A model generated the notes under the pieces. The model did no database searches. It saw only the letters and a program-made list of their open reading frames with translations, and was not told the origin of the DNA. Both the position numbers and the translations under genes were made by a program. A stretch of 34,566 bases of DNA from IMG/VR virus record IMGVR_UViG_3300011918_000007, positions 1-34,566 of that record; one strand, 5' to 3'. This DNA comes from a virus (taxonomy: Duplodnaviria > Caudoviricetes). The stretch's first letter is position 1. Each line of letters starts with the position of its first letter. Shown here piece by piece: positions 1-8,057 of the stretch.

Positions 1-1
1 C

Positions 2-1381
2 CAAAAGGTTAAAGACAAGCTGCCAAGCGTTCGCATGGAAAAAGCGCCAGTAGAAACCATGAAAGGCATGGGCGCTGCTGAAGTTGACGCTGCACGTTTG
101 CGCCAAGAGCGCGGCAATCAGTTGCTTGTTCCAATGGGTGATGACATGACTAAAAGCATGATTACCCGTAATCCAGCAGACGTTATGTTTGAGCGTGAAA
201 CTGCAAAAAGCCCAGAATTTGGTGGCCCATTGCAAGAAAAATATGCTTACCTTAACGACAAATTACAACGCAACTTGCAATCTGAAGTTGATCAAACTGG
301 CGCTCAAATGGTTGGCATGGATGCCCCTGATTTTGGTCAATTTTTGTCAGAAAAAGTTGGCAAATACAAAAGTGACCGTTATCAAGACGTTTCTGATACC
401 TACAAAAAAGCACAAGATGCTGGCGAAACTGCACAGCTGGTGCCTTACAAGGGAATTACCGATTTAATTCAAAAAGAAACACAAGGTCGCCCAACAAAGA
501 AGGAACAAAATCCTCTTTACGCTATTGTTGAGGAAGAACTTAAAGCCAATGACCCGCAAGGTACTGGCATGATTAGTGTTAATGCGATGGAAGATATACG
601 CAAGCTAATCAATGAAGAAGCCGACCCTTCCAAAAAAGGCAGTGTTCGTCTTGGTAAACAGATTAAAGGTGAAATTGACAAAGCCACAGAAAATGCTGGC
701 GGCGACTTTTACAAAGAAGCTAGAGCAAAGAATCGTGCTTTTGAAGCAGAGTTTGAAGACCAAGGCATTATTCGTGATATCAATCGTTTAAAACGTGGCA
801 CTTCTGACCGTGTTGTTCCTTTGGAAAACTTGGCAGACAAATTGGTTTTTAAAGGCACTGGCGCTGATGTCAAGGCTGTGTTTGCTACTTTGGAAAAGAT
901 GGGGCCAGAAGGCCAACAAATTGCCAATGAATTGCGCGGTTATGCTGCCGATAAAATCAAAGAACAAGCTACAAAAGGTGTTGGTCGTGACATTAACGGC
1001 AAGCCTTATGTATCAACGGCTGAACTTGATAAACAAATTAACGCTCTTGATAAAAGCGGAAAACTTGATTTCTTGTTTGGCAAACAACAAGCCGAACGTT
1101 ATCGCACACTTAACGAGTTTACAAAAGACATTCAAACAACACCACAAGGCACTGTAAACACATCTGGCACAACATCAACATTGCTATCTGCTCTTGGCGA
1201 AATGGGTGCGTCTGCTGCAGTGACAGGAATTCCTGCGCCAATTGCAACAATTACAAAATACGGTTACGACAAATATAAAACAAAACAAAAAATGCAAAAA
1301 GTGCAAGAGTATGCCAATCCAGGCACTAAAATTTCAGATATTCCACGCATTGAAATGCGCGGCATGGCAACTAAGGACTAA
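2..1381 (+). CDS. C-terminal part of large internal virion/DNA ejection protein (P22 gp16-like position); probably continues from 33919..34566
   Basis: Frame is open from base 2 (CAA AAG GTT...) to TAA 1381; helical, charged protein; follows the two other ejection-type genes if the genome is circular. Confidence 0.6.
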   Translation, partial: QKVKDKLPSVRMEKAPVETMKGMGAAEVDAARLRQERGNQLLVPMGDDMTKSMITRNPADVMFERETAKSPEFGGPLQEKYAYLNDKLQRNLQSEVDQTGAQMVGMDAPDFGQFLSEKVGKYKSDRYQDVSDTYKKAQDAGETAQLVPYKGITDLIQKETQGRPTKKEQNPLYAIVEEELKANDPQGTGMISVNAMEDIRKLINEEADPSKKGSVRLGKQIKGEIDKATENAGGDFYKEARAKNRAFEAEFEDQGIIRDINRLKRGTSDRVVPLENLADKLVFKGTGADVKAVFATLEKMGPEGQQIANELRGYAADKIKEQATKGVGRDINGKPYVSTAELDKQINALDKSGKLDFLFGKQQAERYRTLNEFTKDIQTTPQGTVNTSGTTSTLLSALGEMGASAAVTGIPAPIATITKYGYDKYKTKQKMQKVQEYANPGTKISDIPRIEMRGMATKD

Positions 1382-1383
1382 AA

Positions 1384-1911
1384 ATGGCAGTCAATCTATC
1401 CCCTATTGGTAACGGCTTTCAGTTCTTTACTACCACAGGCATCCCGCTTGCTGGCGGTTTGATCTATACATACGTTGCTGGTTCATCTACGCCATTGTCA
1501 ACTTACACAAGTAACACAGGCTTGATTGCTAACACTAACCCAATCGTCTTGGGTACTGATGGCCGCCCACCTTCGGGGATTTGGTTGACTGTTGGCAATT
1601 CATACAAATTTGTTTTGGCTGATTCCACAAACGCTGTTATCCAAACTTACGACAACATTGCTGGAATCTTGACAAGTGCGCCAGCTACTTCTCAAGTGCC
1701 TGCTGGTTCTATCTTGATTTGGTCTGGTTCTATTGCAAACATTCCTGCTGGATATGTGATTTGTAATGGTTCAAACGGAACGCCAGACTTGCGTGACAAG
1801 TTTGTGGTGGGCGCTGGCAACTCTTACGTTGTAGGCGCAACATCAAACACTACTGGCACAGGTTCTAACCTGCCTGCTTATTACGCATTAGCATTTATTC
1901 AGAAGACATAA
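1384..1911 (+). CDS. Virion protein: tailspike head-binding-like N-terminus plus minimal tail collar domain
   Basis: N-terminus G.PLAGG.IYTY.AG..TPL.TY...NTNPIVL..DGR; C-terminus PAGSILIWSG..ANIPAGYVICNG.NGTPDLRDKFVVGAG collar motif. Confidence 0.7.
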   Translation: MAVNLSPIGNGFQFFTTTGIPLAGGLIYTYVAGSSTPLSTYTSNTGLIANTNPIVLGTDGRPPSGIWLTVGNSYKFVLADSTNAVIQTYDNIAGILTSAPATSQVPAGSILIWSGSIANIPAGYVICNGSNGTPDLRDKFVVGAGNSYVVGATSNTTGTGSNLPAYYALAFIQKT

Positions 1912-1912
1912 C

Positions 1913-2092
1913 ATGACTACCATTGACGCAACCGAGGCCCGCTTGTCCACCCATGAAGAAGTTTGTGCGCTACGGTATCAGGTTATAAACGCCCGATTAA
2001 AGCGCATGGAAGGAATTATGATTACTTGCGCTGGTGCAATGATCTTGAGCATGGCGGGCGCTGTTTTTACGTTAATAACTCACACTAAATGA
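1913..2092 (+). CDS. Small membrane protein (59 aa, coiled coil plus C-terminal TM; XhlA/holin-like lysis accessory)
   Basis: Own translation MTTIDATEARLSTHEEVCALRYQVINARLKRMEGIMITCAGAMILSMAGAVFTLITHTK; starts 1 nt after previous stop; precedes holin. Confidence 0.6.
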   Translation: MTTIDATEARLSTHEEVCALRYQVINARLKRMEGIMITCAGAMILSMAGAVFTLITHTK

Positions 2093-2152
2093 TGTGGACA
2101 TATTCAGCCTCTTAGCAAAAGAACTGCAAAAACTTAAAGAGGAGCTAAAGAA

Positions 2153-2650
2153 ATGAATGAACTATTCAATCTACTTAAGGGCATTGCACCTACTCTTGCA
2201 ACTGTTGTTGCTGGTCCTCTTGGCGGTGCTGCCGTATCTGCCATTGCTAATCGACTTGGTGTGGGGGACAGCGTAGAAGCCGTTGCAAAAGCCATTGCTG
2301 GCGACCCTGCCGCTGCTGCAAAATTACAAGAGTTAGAGTTGGAATATGCCAAGCTAGACATGGCAAATACCGCTAATGCGCGAGACATGAACAGCAAGAT
2401 TCAAGAATCTGCCAATGCCTCTTGGGTGGCTAAGAACGCTGCTTATGTGCTTGATTTTGCCATTGTGAGTGCAACCATCATCATGACTTGGATTGTGTTC
2501 TTTAAGGGCGTTCCTGTTGAAAATAAAGAGATTGCATACATGGCCATTGGTTCATTGATTACCATGTGCGGTACTGTGCTTAATTTCCATCGTGGTTCAT
2601 CTGCTGGTAGCAAATCTAAAACTGAAGAAATGATGAGGACAATCAAATGA
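2153..2650 (+). CDS. Holin (3TM/GTA-type holin-like)
   Basis: APTLAT..GPLGG N-terminus, two C-terminal hydrophobic helices followed by F.RGSS.GS..K; SD GAGGAG; ATGA overlap with endolysin. Confidence 0.75.
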   Translation: MNELFNLLKGIAPTLATVVAGPLGGAAVSAIANRLGVGDSVEAVAKAIAGDPAAAAKLQELELEYAKLDMANTANARDMNSKIQESANASWVAKNAAYVLDFAIVSATIIMTWIVFFKGVPVENKEIAYMAIGSLITMCGTVLNFHRGSSAGSKSKTEEMMRTIK

Positions 2651-3084
2651 ACTTAACGCCCAACTTTACGCTTGAAGAACTTACAGCTTCAGAAACCGCA
2701 GAACGCAACGGGTGGGACAATAGCCCCAACGATCAAGAGTTAGCTAACCTTACTAGGCTTGCAGACTTTTTAGAGCAAGTAAAAGAAGTGTTAGGCGGTA
2801 AGCCAATTATGATTAGCTCTGGCCTGCGTACCAAAAAAGTTAATGATGCGGTGGGAAGCAAAGACACTAGCCAGCACATGATTGGCTGCGCCTGCGACTT
2901 CAAAGTGCCAGGCATGACGCCAGATGAAGTGGTGCGTAAGATTGTGGCTAGTGGCATTGGTTACGACCAAGTAATCCGCGAGTTTGATCGTTGGACACAC
3001 ATTTCTATTCCCAATACTGTTGCAACAGCACCACGCAAGCAAGCACTTATTATTGATAAAGCTGGCACACGCGCTTATTCATAA
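2647..3084 (+). CDS. Endolysin, peptidase M15A family
   Basis: NFTLEEL.., ISSG.R...N.AVG...TSQH..G.A.D and W.H.S zinc-binding motifs. Confidence 0.9.
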   Translation: MNLTPNFTLEELTASETAERNGWDNSPNDQELANLTRLADFLEQVKEVLGGKPIMISSGLRTKKVNDAVGSKDTSQHMIGCACDFKVPGMTPDEVVRKIVASGIGYDQVIREFDRWTHISIPNTVATAPRKQALIIDKAGTRAYS

Positions 3085-3115
3085 ATAGTACATACTGCCA
3101 ATGTGTAATACGCTT

Positions 3116-3544
3116 ATGAAAATCAAGCGTGTTGACATTAGATGTTCCGCGATACAAGAAACTTTGGCATTGCTTCAACAGAAGTGTTTGCCAGGGGATG
3201 CGCCATTTGATACTAACTATGGTTACTGGTGGATAGTCTATGACGCACTTAATTTGCCGTGTGCTTTTGCTGGTCTTGTTTCCAGTGTGCGTTGGCTTGA
3301 TACTGGTTATTTGTGTCGTGCAGGCGTTCTATCTGGCTATCGTGGACACGGCATACAGAAACGTCTTATACGGGCGCGTATTCGCCAAGCAAAAGCATTA
3401 GGCTGGAACTGGTTAATTACCGATACATATCTAAACCCTGCATCCTCTAACAGTTTGATCGCTTGCGGTTTTAAATTGTTTGAGCCGAGTAAACCTTGGG
3501 GTGCTACTGGCACTTTATTTTGGCGACTTAAACTGAAGGATTGA
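3116..3544 (+). CDS. GNAT-family acetyltransferase
   Basis: Acetyl-CoA motif A (V...YRGHGIQKRLI) and N..S...L..CGF motif; start may be 3101 or 3116. Confidence 0.85.
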   Translation: MKIKRVDIRCSAIQETLALLQQKCLPGDAPFDTNYGYWWIVYDALNLPCAFAGLVSSVRWLDTGYLCRAGVLSGYRGHGIQKRLIRARIRQAKALGWNWLITDTYLNPASSNSLIACGFKLFEPSKPWGATGTLFWRLKLKD

Positions 3545-3545
3545 T

Positions 3546-4523
3546 ATGGCTGCTCCACTATGTAGCGAAAACGAATTTTTAGAGTTGTGGCATAACCATG
3601 CGTCATCTAAAAAAATTGCCGAAGTTCTTGGCACTTCTGAAAGAAAAGTTAACGCCAGACGTAGACGGATAGAAGAACGGTTAAAAATTAACCTAGACAT
3701 TCATCCTAATAGACAAAAATACGTTACCGTAAGTGTCAATCAGGCAAACAGGAATCCTGCGCGGCTACATCTTGGGGTGGAAAATGGAACAGTCATTGTT
3801 TTCTCTGATTCACATTTTTGGCCAGGTATCCACACTACTGCTTATCGTGGTTTGTTATGGGCTATTAAGGAACTGCAACCGAAGGCAGTTATTGCTAACG
3901 GGGATGTTTTTGACGGTGCTTCCATTAGCCGTCACCCTCGTATTGGTTGGGATTCAAGCCCTAGTGTCATTCAGGAACTAAAAGCCTGCGACCTAGCAAT
4001 GGGTGAGATAGAAGAAGCCGCAAAAAAAGCCCGTCACAATGTTCAGTTGGTTTGGACACTTGGCAACCATGACGCTAGGTTTGAAAACCGTCTAGCAGCT
4101 AACGCGCCACAGTACGAACAGGTTAAAGGGTTTTCCCTTAAAGATCATTTTCCTGCGTGGAAACCCTGCTGGTCATGTTGGGTGACTGAAGATGTGGTCG
4201 TTAAGCATCGTTGGAAGGGCGGCGTTCATGCTACTCACAACAACACGGTTAACAGCGGTAAAACGATGGTTACAGGCCATCTGCATAGCCTTAAAGTTAC
4301 GCCTTATGCTGACTACAACGGCAATCGGTTTGGGGTTGATACGGGGACACTAGCTGAGACAAATGGCCCACAATTTATGGACTACTTGGAAGACGCGCCC
4401 GTGAACTGGAGATCGGGTTTCGCCGTTCTGTCATTTAAAGATGGGAAACTGTTGTGGCCAGAGTTAGTTCACAAGTGGGCTGAAGGGCAGATCGAGTTTC
4501 GTGGGCAAATCATCAATGTTTAA
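3546..4523 (+). CDS. Calcineurin-like metallophosphoesterase with N-terminal HTH
   Basis: SDSH, NGDVFD, LGNHD, H and GHLH motifs; SKKIAEVLGTSERKV HTH-like segment. Confidence 0.85.
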   Translation: MAAPLCSENEFLELWHNHASSKKIAEVLGTSERKVNARRRRIEERLKINLDIHPNRQKYVTVSVNQANRNPARLHLGVENGTVIVFSDSHFWPGIHTTAYRGLLWAIKELQPKAVIANGDVFDGASISRHPRIGWDSSPSVIQELKACDLAMGEIEEAAKKARHNVQLVWTLGNHDARFENRLAANAPQYEQVKGFSLKDHFPAWKPCWSCWVTEDVVVKHRWKGGVHATHNNTVNSGKTMVTGHLHSLKVTPYADYNGNRFGVDTGTLAETNGPQFMDYLEDAPVNWRSGFAVLSFKDGKLLWPELVHKWAEGQIEFRGQIINV

Positions 4524-4533
4524 AGGACTAATC

Positions 4534-4764
4534 ATGTACAAAATTGAAATCGACATTTCAGCTTGGGGCGGTGACGTAAAAGTAACTATCGAAACTTCAG
4601 ACTTTGACAAGATTGAGTTAATCCGCGAGTTCATTGAGTTCCAACAAGAAAATGGTTGGGCTGCTGACTACGAACAAATCGTGGAAGAAGAAGAAGAAGA
4701 CGAAGAAGATGAAGACGAAGCTGTGACCGTCTCCACCTACGTTGTTACAAAGATCGAAGATTAA
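4534..4764 (+). CDS. Small highly acidic protein
   Basis: SD AAGGA before ATG 4534; EEEEEDEEDEDE tract. Confidence 0.65.
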   Translation: MYKIEIDISAWGGDVKVTIETSDFDKIELIREFIEFQQENGWAADYEQIVEEEEEDEEDEDEAVTVSTYVVTKIED

Positions 4765-4969
4765 ATTTCTCGAAATTTTTTCCCGCATTTGGGTTGCCTT
4801 GGCTTCTTTTAGGAGGCTGAAGCAACTCATTATGCGTTTCGGCAAAATAATCTAAGTTGTTGCTATCTAACTTAATGTGCCGCCAGCTATGTTGTTTAGG
4901 CTTTTTTGGAACAACGCGTTTTTCGTTTGGGTCAGGCCAAGGTGCGCCAGGCACTAAAACTGTTTTCAT
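4745..4969 (-). CDS. Hypothetical protein (74 aa)
   Basis: SD AGGAG upstream; coupled to upstream gene; last gene of leftward operon. Confidence 0.55.
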   Translation of the reverse strand: MKTVLVPGAPWPDPNEKRVVPKKPKQHSWRHIKLDSNNLDYFAETHNELLQPPKRSQGNPNAGKNFEKFNLRSL

Positions 4970-5268
4970 ATTAACTCCTGTTGTACTGGTTTAAAGCGCC
5001 ATTCACGCTCACCCCTGCCGCTGTTAGACGTTACCTGTTTTCCAGTTAACTCAATCAAATCAAGTTTTTGCAACTCGTTCATGCGTCTGGCTACTTGGTT
5101 GCTTTGCAAGCCTGTGTGCATAGCAATTCCATCTTTACCCAATGGCCCAAAGCGTTGTAAACACGCAACAATCACTTCTTGGTGCTGTTTTGCTACGTCT
5201 TTAATGGAATCAGCCGCTTTGAAGCTAGTGATTGCGTCTGTTGTTCTTGCTCTAAAAAATTCAAACAT
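4966..5268 (-). CDS. Winged-helix DNA-binding protein
   Basis: GPLGKDGIAMHTGLQSNQVARRMNELQKLDLIELTG HTH plus wing (SGRGEREW); SD AGGA. Confidence 0.7.
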   Translation of the reverse strand: MFEFFRARTTDAITSFKAADSIKDVAKQHQEVIVACLQRFGPLGKDGIAMHTGLQSNQVARRMNELQKLDLIELTGKQVTSNSGRGEREWRFKPVQQELI

Positions 5269-5282
5269 ATTGGTTCCTATGC

Positions 5283-5337
5283 AAAAAAATGGGGGTTACT
5301 AATCAATGGCAACTGCAAATTGCTGACGTTCACCCCC
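5283..5337 (-). terminator. Long hairpin plus U7 tract, intrinsic terminator-like, with GAA/AGUA internal loop
   Basis: Minus strand GGGGGU-GAA-CGUCA...UGAUU-AGUA-ACCCCC-A-UUUUUUU directly after the HNH stop. Confidence 0.65.
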
Positions 5338-5342
5338 GAAAA

Positions 5343-5825
5343 TTAAACTGCGTTTGGGTTGTGTGTGTGGTACTTGGCTGCTGCATTGCAATAAGCCATG
5401 TACGCATCTTCTTTGTTGTCGTATCTGCCAAGTGCAATCGTTTTGTACTTGTGCTGAATACAGGAAAACCATTTTTTTCTTTGTGAATCCCAACTTACAC
5501 CTTTGTAGCCAGACTTATTGTTTTCTTGTTTTTCTTTGTTTTCTTGATTTTGTTTTTTGCTTACAACGCGCAAATTTGAGATTCTGTTGTCTGTTGGAAT
5601 TCTGTTGATGTGGTCTATGTATTCAGGCAATTCGCCGTAAACATAAAGCCAAGCCAAACGATGTGTGAGGTACAGCTTTCCATTTATGTTGATTCTGAAA
5701 TAACCTTGGCCACAATGACCCGCTGGTGTTCCAGCATGGCAACGACCTCTGCGGACTTTGTTAATAAAAATACCAGTTTCAGGGTTGTAATCAAACAACT
5801 CTTTTAAACGCTGCTGCGTAATCAT
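5343..5825 (-). CDS. HNH endonuclease with C-terminal AP2-like domain (copy 1)
   Basis: HRLAWLYVYG, IDHINR..TDNRISNLR..S...N..N and N.SGYKGVSW...W...I..LG.Y motifs; likely start at MITQQRLKELFDY. Confidence 0.9.
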   Translation of the reverse strand: MITQQRLKELFDYNPETGIFINKVRRGRCHAGTPAGHCGQGYFRININGKLYLTHRLAWLYVYGELPEYIDHINRIPTDNRISNLRVVSKKQNQENKEKQENNKSGYKGVSWDSQRKKWFSCIQHKYKTIALGRYDNKEDAYMAYCNAAAKYHTHNPNAV

Positions 5826-5857
5826 GATGAACCTTTCATGTGTGAACCTGTTTAAAG

Positions 5858-5906
5858 TTAGCAAGGGGGAGGTTCAATCCCCCCTGTCCTCCGTCGAGTT
5901 AGCTAA
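5858..5906 (-). ncRNA. Structured leader RNA, three-way junction (copy B)
   Basis: UUAGC-U-AA/UU-GCUAA, CUC/GAG and GGGGGA/UCCCCC stems; loop UGAACCU complementary to two downstream AGGUUCA sites. Confidence 0.6.
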
Positions 5907-5919
5907 AAATCATTTTATC

Positions 5920-6171
5920 CTAAAAAGGAATCGAATCGTCTGGAAAGTCGTTATGTGATTGTTTAGATGGAATACTTGGCGCAGCATCTCGCGGAGTAAA
6001 AAGGTAACTCCAACCGTTCCAGCCACCATCTACTAATGGCACAGAATCCATCTTCATCATCAAACCTTTCTTGGTTTCAATCACGCTGCCGATGCGCTGA
6101 TAACGGATTTTTTCTTGTCCGTCTTTTTGGTATGTGCCAGCGCGAACAGTCACTTCATAAATTGTTGCCAT
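5920..6171 (-). CDS. Small SSB-like protein
   Basis: Beta-rich core plus acidic DFPDDSIPF tail typical of SSB C-termini; located in recombination operon. Confidence 0.6.
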   Translation of the reverse strand: MATIYEVTVRAGTYQKDGQEKIRYQRIGSVIETKKGLMMKMDSVPLVDGGWNGWSYLFTPRDAAPSIPSKQSHNDFPDDSIPF

Positions 6172-6421
6172 TTTTTTCTTTCAAGTGGTTAAAAATTTTT
6201 TCTAGTGTTGGTGCTGCAATTCTGCAAAATCCAACGGGTGTATGAGGATACCAATGCAAAACCCATAAGTTATCTGTGTCAATTGCTTCTTGCATTTCTT
6301 CTTTAGATAAAAACGCATCTTGCAAATCAAGGTCAACAATATGTTGTTCAACACTTATGTAATAGTTTTTATGCTCGTTGTGTTCAAGTGACAACCCTGC
6401 TTCATGTTTTGGAAATTCCAT
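6155..6421 (-). CDS. Hypothetical protein (88 aa)
   Basis: Fills the gap between exonuclease and SSB-like gene; SD AAGGA. Confidence 0.6.
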   Translation of the reverse strand: MEFPKHEAGLSLEHNEHKNYYISVEQHIVDLDLQDAFLSKEEMQEAIDTDNLWVLHWYPHTPVGFCRIAAPTLEKIFNHLKEKNGNNL

Positions 6422-7037
6422 GATTTCCTTTCAGTTCGTTAAGTTTCGTAATTTTGCCATCCAGTTCAACCAAGAACTTTTTGACTTCTTCTTCAAGCAT
6501 TGCAATGTAAGCGTCATTCCTTGGAACTCGTACTACAAACAATTGAAGTTCTTTTGGAAGTCGTGGGTCAAAACTCACGAAATCACACCATTTGCGACCA
6601 GTACACGCAAGTTGCCAATACATTTGTGTCATGTACTTTGTTGGCACTAATTGGCTTAAAAGCGTTTCAATGTGCGTGGCTGTGTTGGGGCATTTAATCT
6701 CAAGCTGGCCATCATCACCAACAAGCCCGTCAGGAGAAGCGCCAGCGGCCTCAATCGTTGGGTGGGTAATCATGGCAACCTCATCCACTAAAACGTCTGC
6801 ATGGGCTTCATACGCTGCCCTAGCTAATGGTTCTGTCTCAGTACCCCATTGCATAGCTGTGTTGGTAAACGATTCTGCAACGGTGTTGGTCATACGTTCA
6901 CAAACCAATTGCGCCATGTAGTTGTCGCGGCTAGTGCTGTAACCTGTCTTGGTCTTAGCAATTACGTCAGCAACACGGCTGGCCGTAACTTTGCCAAGCC
7001 TCTGTGCAAACCATTCTGGTGAGCCTTGTTCAATCAT
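6402..7037 (-). CDS. YqaJ/lambda-type exonuclease
   Basis: QGSPEWF..RLGKVTAS, MQWG.E.EP.AR, ASPDGLV, LEIKCP, Q...QL motifs. Confidence 0.92.
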   Translation of the reverse strand: MIEQGSPEWFAQRLGKVTASRVADVIAKTKTGYSTSRDNYMAQLVCERMTNTVAESFTNTAMQWGTETEPLARAAYEAHADVLVDEVAMITHPTIEAAGASPDGLVGDDGQLEIKCPNTATHIETLLSQLVPTKYMTQMYWQLACTGRKWCDFVSFDPRLPKELQLFVVRVPRNDAYIAMLEEEVKKFLVELDGKITKLNELKGNHGISKT

Positions 7038-7588
7038 GATAGTGCCGCTTTCTTTGCGTCTTTGGCTGCAATAACTTTTTTCTGCCAGTTGGCATCTGTA
7101 CCGCAGGCTTTATACGCTGCTTGGTAGGCTGCTTTTAAGCTGTCCTGATCGGTTGCGTCTTGGATGGCAAGTAAGTGGTCAGCCATCAAGTTGGAATCAA
7201 CCGTAGTCTTGGCTGGTCGTGTGGCTGCTTCGCCATCATCATCCTGTGGGGCAATACCGCAAGCGGCCATCAAGCTGTAACGCCTGGCGTATGTCAGCGC
7301 CGAACCGTAACCTTGTGGGTCTTGTTTGTTGGCTGGCACTTGCAGGATGCCACATTCAAGCATCTCACCTGATTCGTGGATAAACACAGTCTCAACCATG
7401 ATGCCTGTGTTGCAGTCATAGCACTTCTGAATCATGGCAATACCGTTATCGTTTAAAGCGTCTATGACGGCCTCAACGCAAGCGGATAGGTCAGCATATC
7501 GGCTACGGAAATGCGGGTTTGTAGCGGTCTTTAAAGCAGGGCCAAAGGCCTTTTGTGCTTTGACAAGTGCGGTGGCGATGTTTTTCAT
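7034..7588 (-). CDS. erf: ERF-family single-strand annealing protein
   Basis: K.A.NPHF.S.YADL and Q..GSALTYARRYSL..ACGI...DDDG; start 7588 by ATGA coupling. Confidence 0.92.
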   Translation of the reverse strand: MKNIATALVKAQKAFGPALKTATNPHFRSRYADLSACVEAVIDALNDNGIAMIQKCYDCNTGIMVETVFIHESGEMLECGILQVPANKQDPQGYGSALTYARRYSLMAACGIAPQDDDGEAATRPAKTTVDSNLMADHLLAIQDATDQDSLKAAYQAAYKACGTDANWQKKVIAAKDAKKAALS

Positions 7589-7707
7589 AGTCCTGTCCAA
7601 ATTAAGATGAATACGGTGAAGCAAGCAACGATGTAGGTAACACGCAGAACGTGAGGCCAGATTGGTTTCTTGATCTTGGGAATTTCAGGGTAGAAAGTGC
7701 GTTTCAT
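7585..7707 (-). CDS. Small single-TM protein (40 aa)
   Basis: Own translation MKRTFYPEIPKIKKPIWPHVLRVTYIVACFTVFILIWTGL; ATGA overlaps at both ends. Confidence 0.6.
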   Translation of the reverse strand: MKRTFYPEIPKIKKPIWPHVLRVTYIVACFTVFILIWTGL

Positions 7708-7922
7708 ACTTGTTCCAAAATTTCGTGGGCGAATGTTTCAATGCGAGTGTGGTCTTCGCGTGTTATGTCGTATGTGATGTTGTAGTCGTTGTCGTACAAC
7801 CAAACTTGAACATCATCAGGCTCATCAAAAGCACAAGTGACTTTTTTCTGTGAACCGTAAAAGGTGATGTAGGTGGTAAACACATGGTCAAAGTGTTCTG
7901 GTTTGAGGTAAGCATCTTTCAT
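7704..7922 (-). CDS. Hypothetical early protein (72 aa)
   Basis: SD AGGA before ATG 7922; first gene of leftward operon. Confidence 0.6.
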   Translation of the reverse strand: MKDAYLKPEHFDHVFTTYITFYGSQKKVTCAFDEPDDVQVWLYDNDYNITYDITREDHTRIETFAHEILEQV

Positions 7923-7967
7923 ATTGTTTCCTAAGTTACCGTTTGCGTTGCGCTGCGGGATGTATGT

Positions 7968-7997
7968 ATTGTGTAGCAAAATAGACAGAATTACCAA
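7968..7997 (-). promoter_or_regulatory. Putative leftward early promoter
   Basis: TTGGTA-N18-CACAAT on minus strand in AT-rich divergent region. Confidence 0.35.
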
Positions 7998-8022
7998 CAA
8001 TCTAAAAAATATTTTCTATGTG

Positions 8023-8051
8023 TTGTATTTTTGTCAATTTATCTATACACT
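8023..8051 (+). promoter_or_regulatory. Rightward sigma70-type promoter, probably giving a leaderless mRNA
   Basis: TTGTAT-N17-TACACT; ATG 8058 lies 7 nt after the -10 and has no SD. Confidence 0.6.
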
Positions 8052-8057
8052 ACTAGC

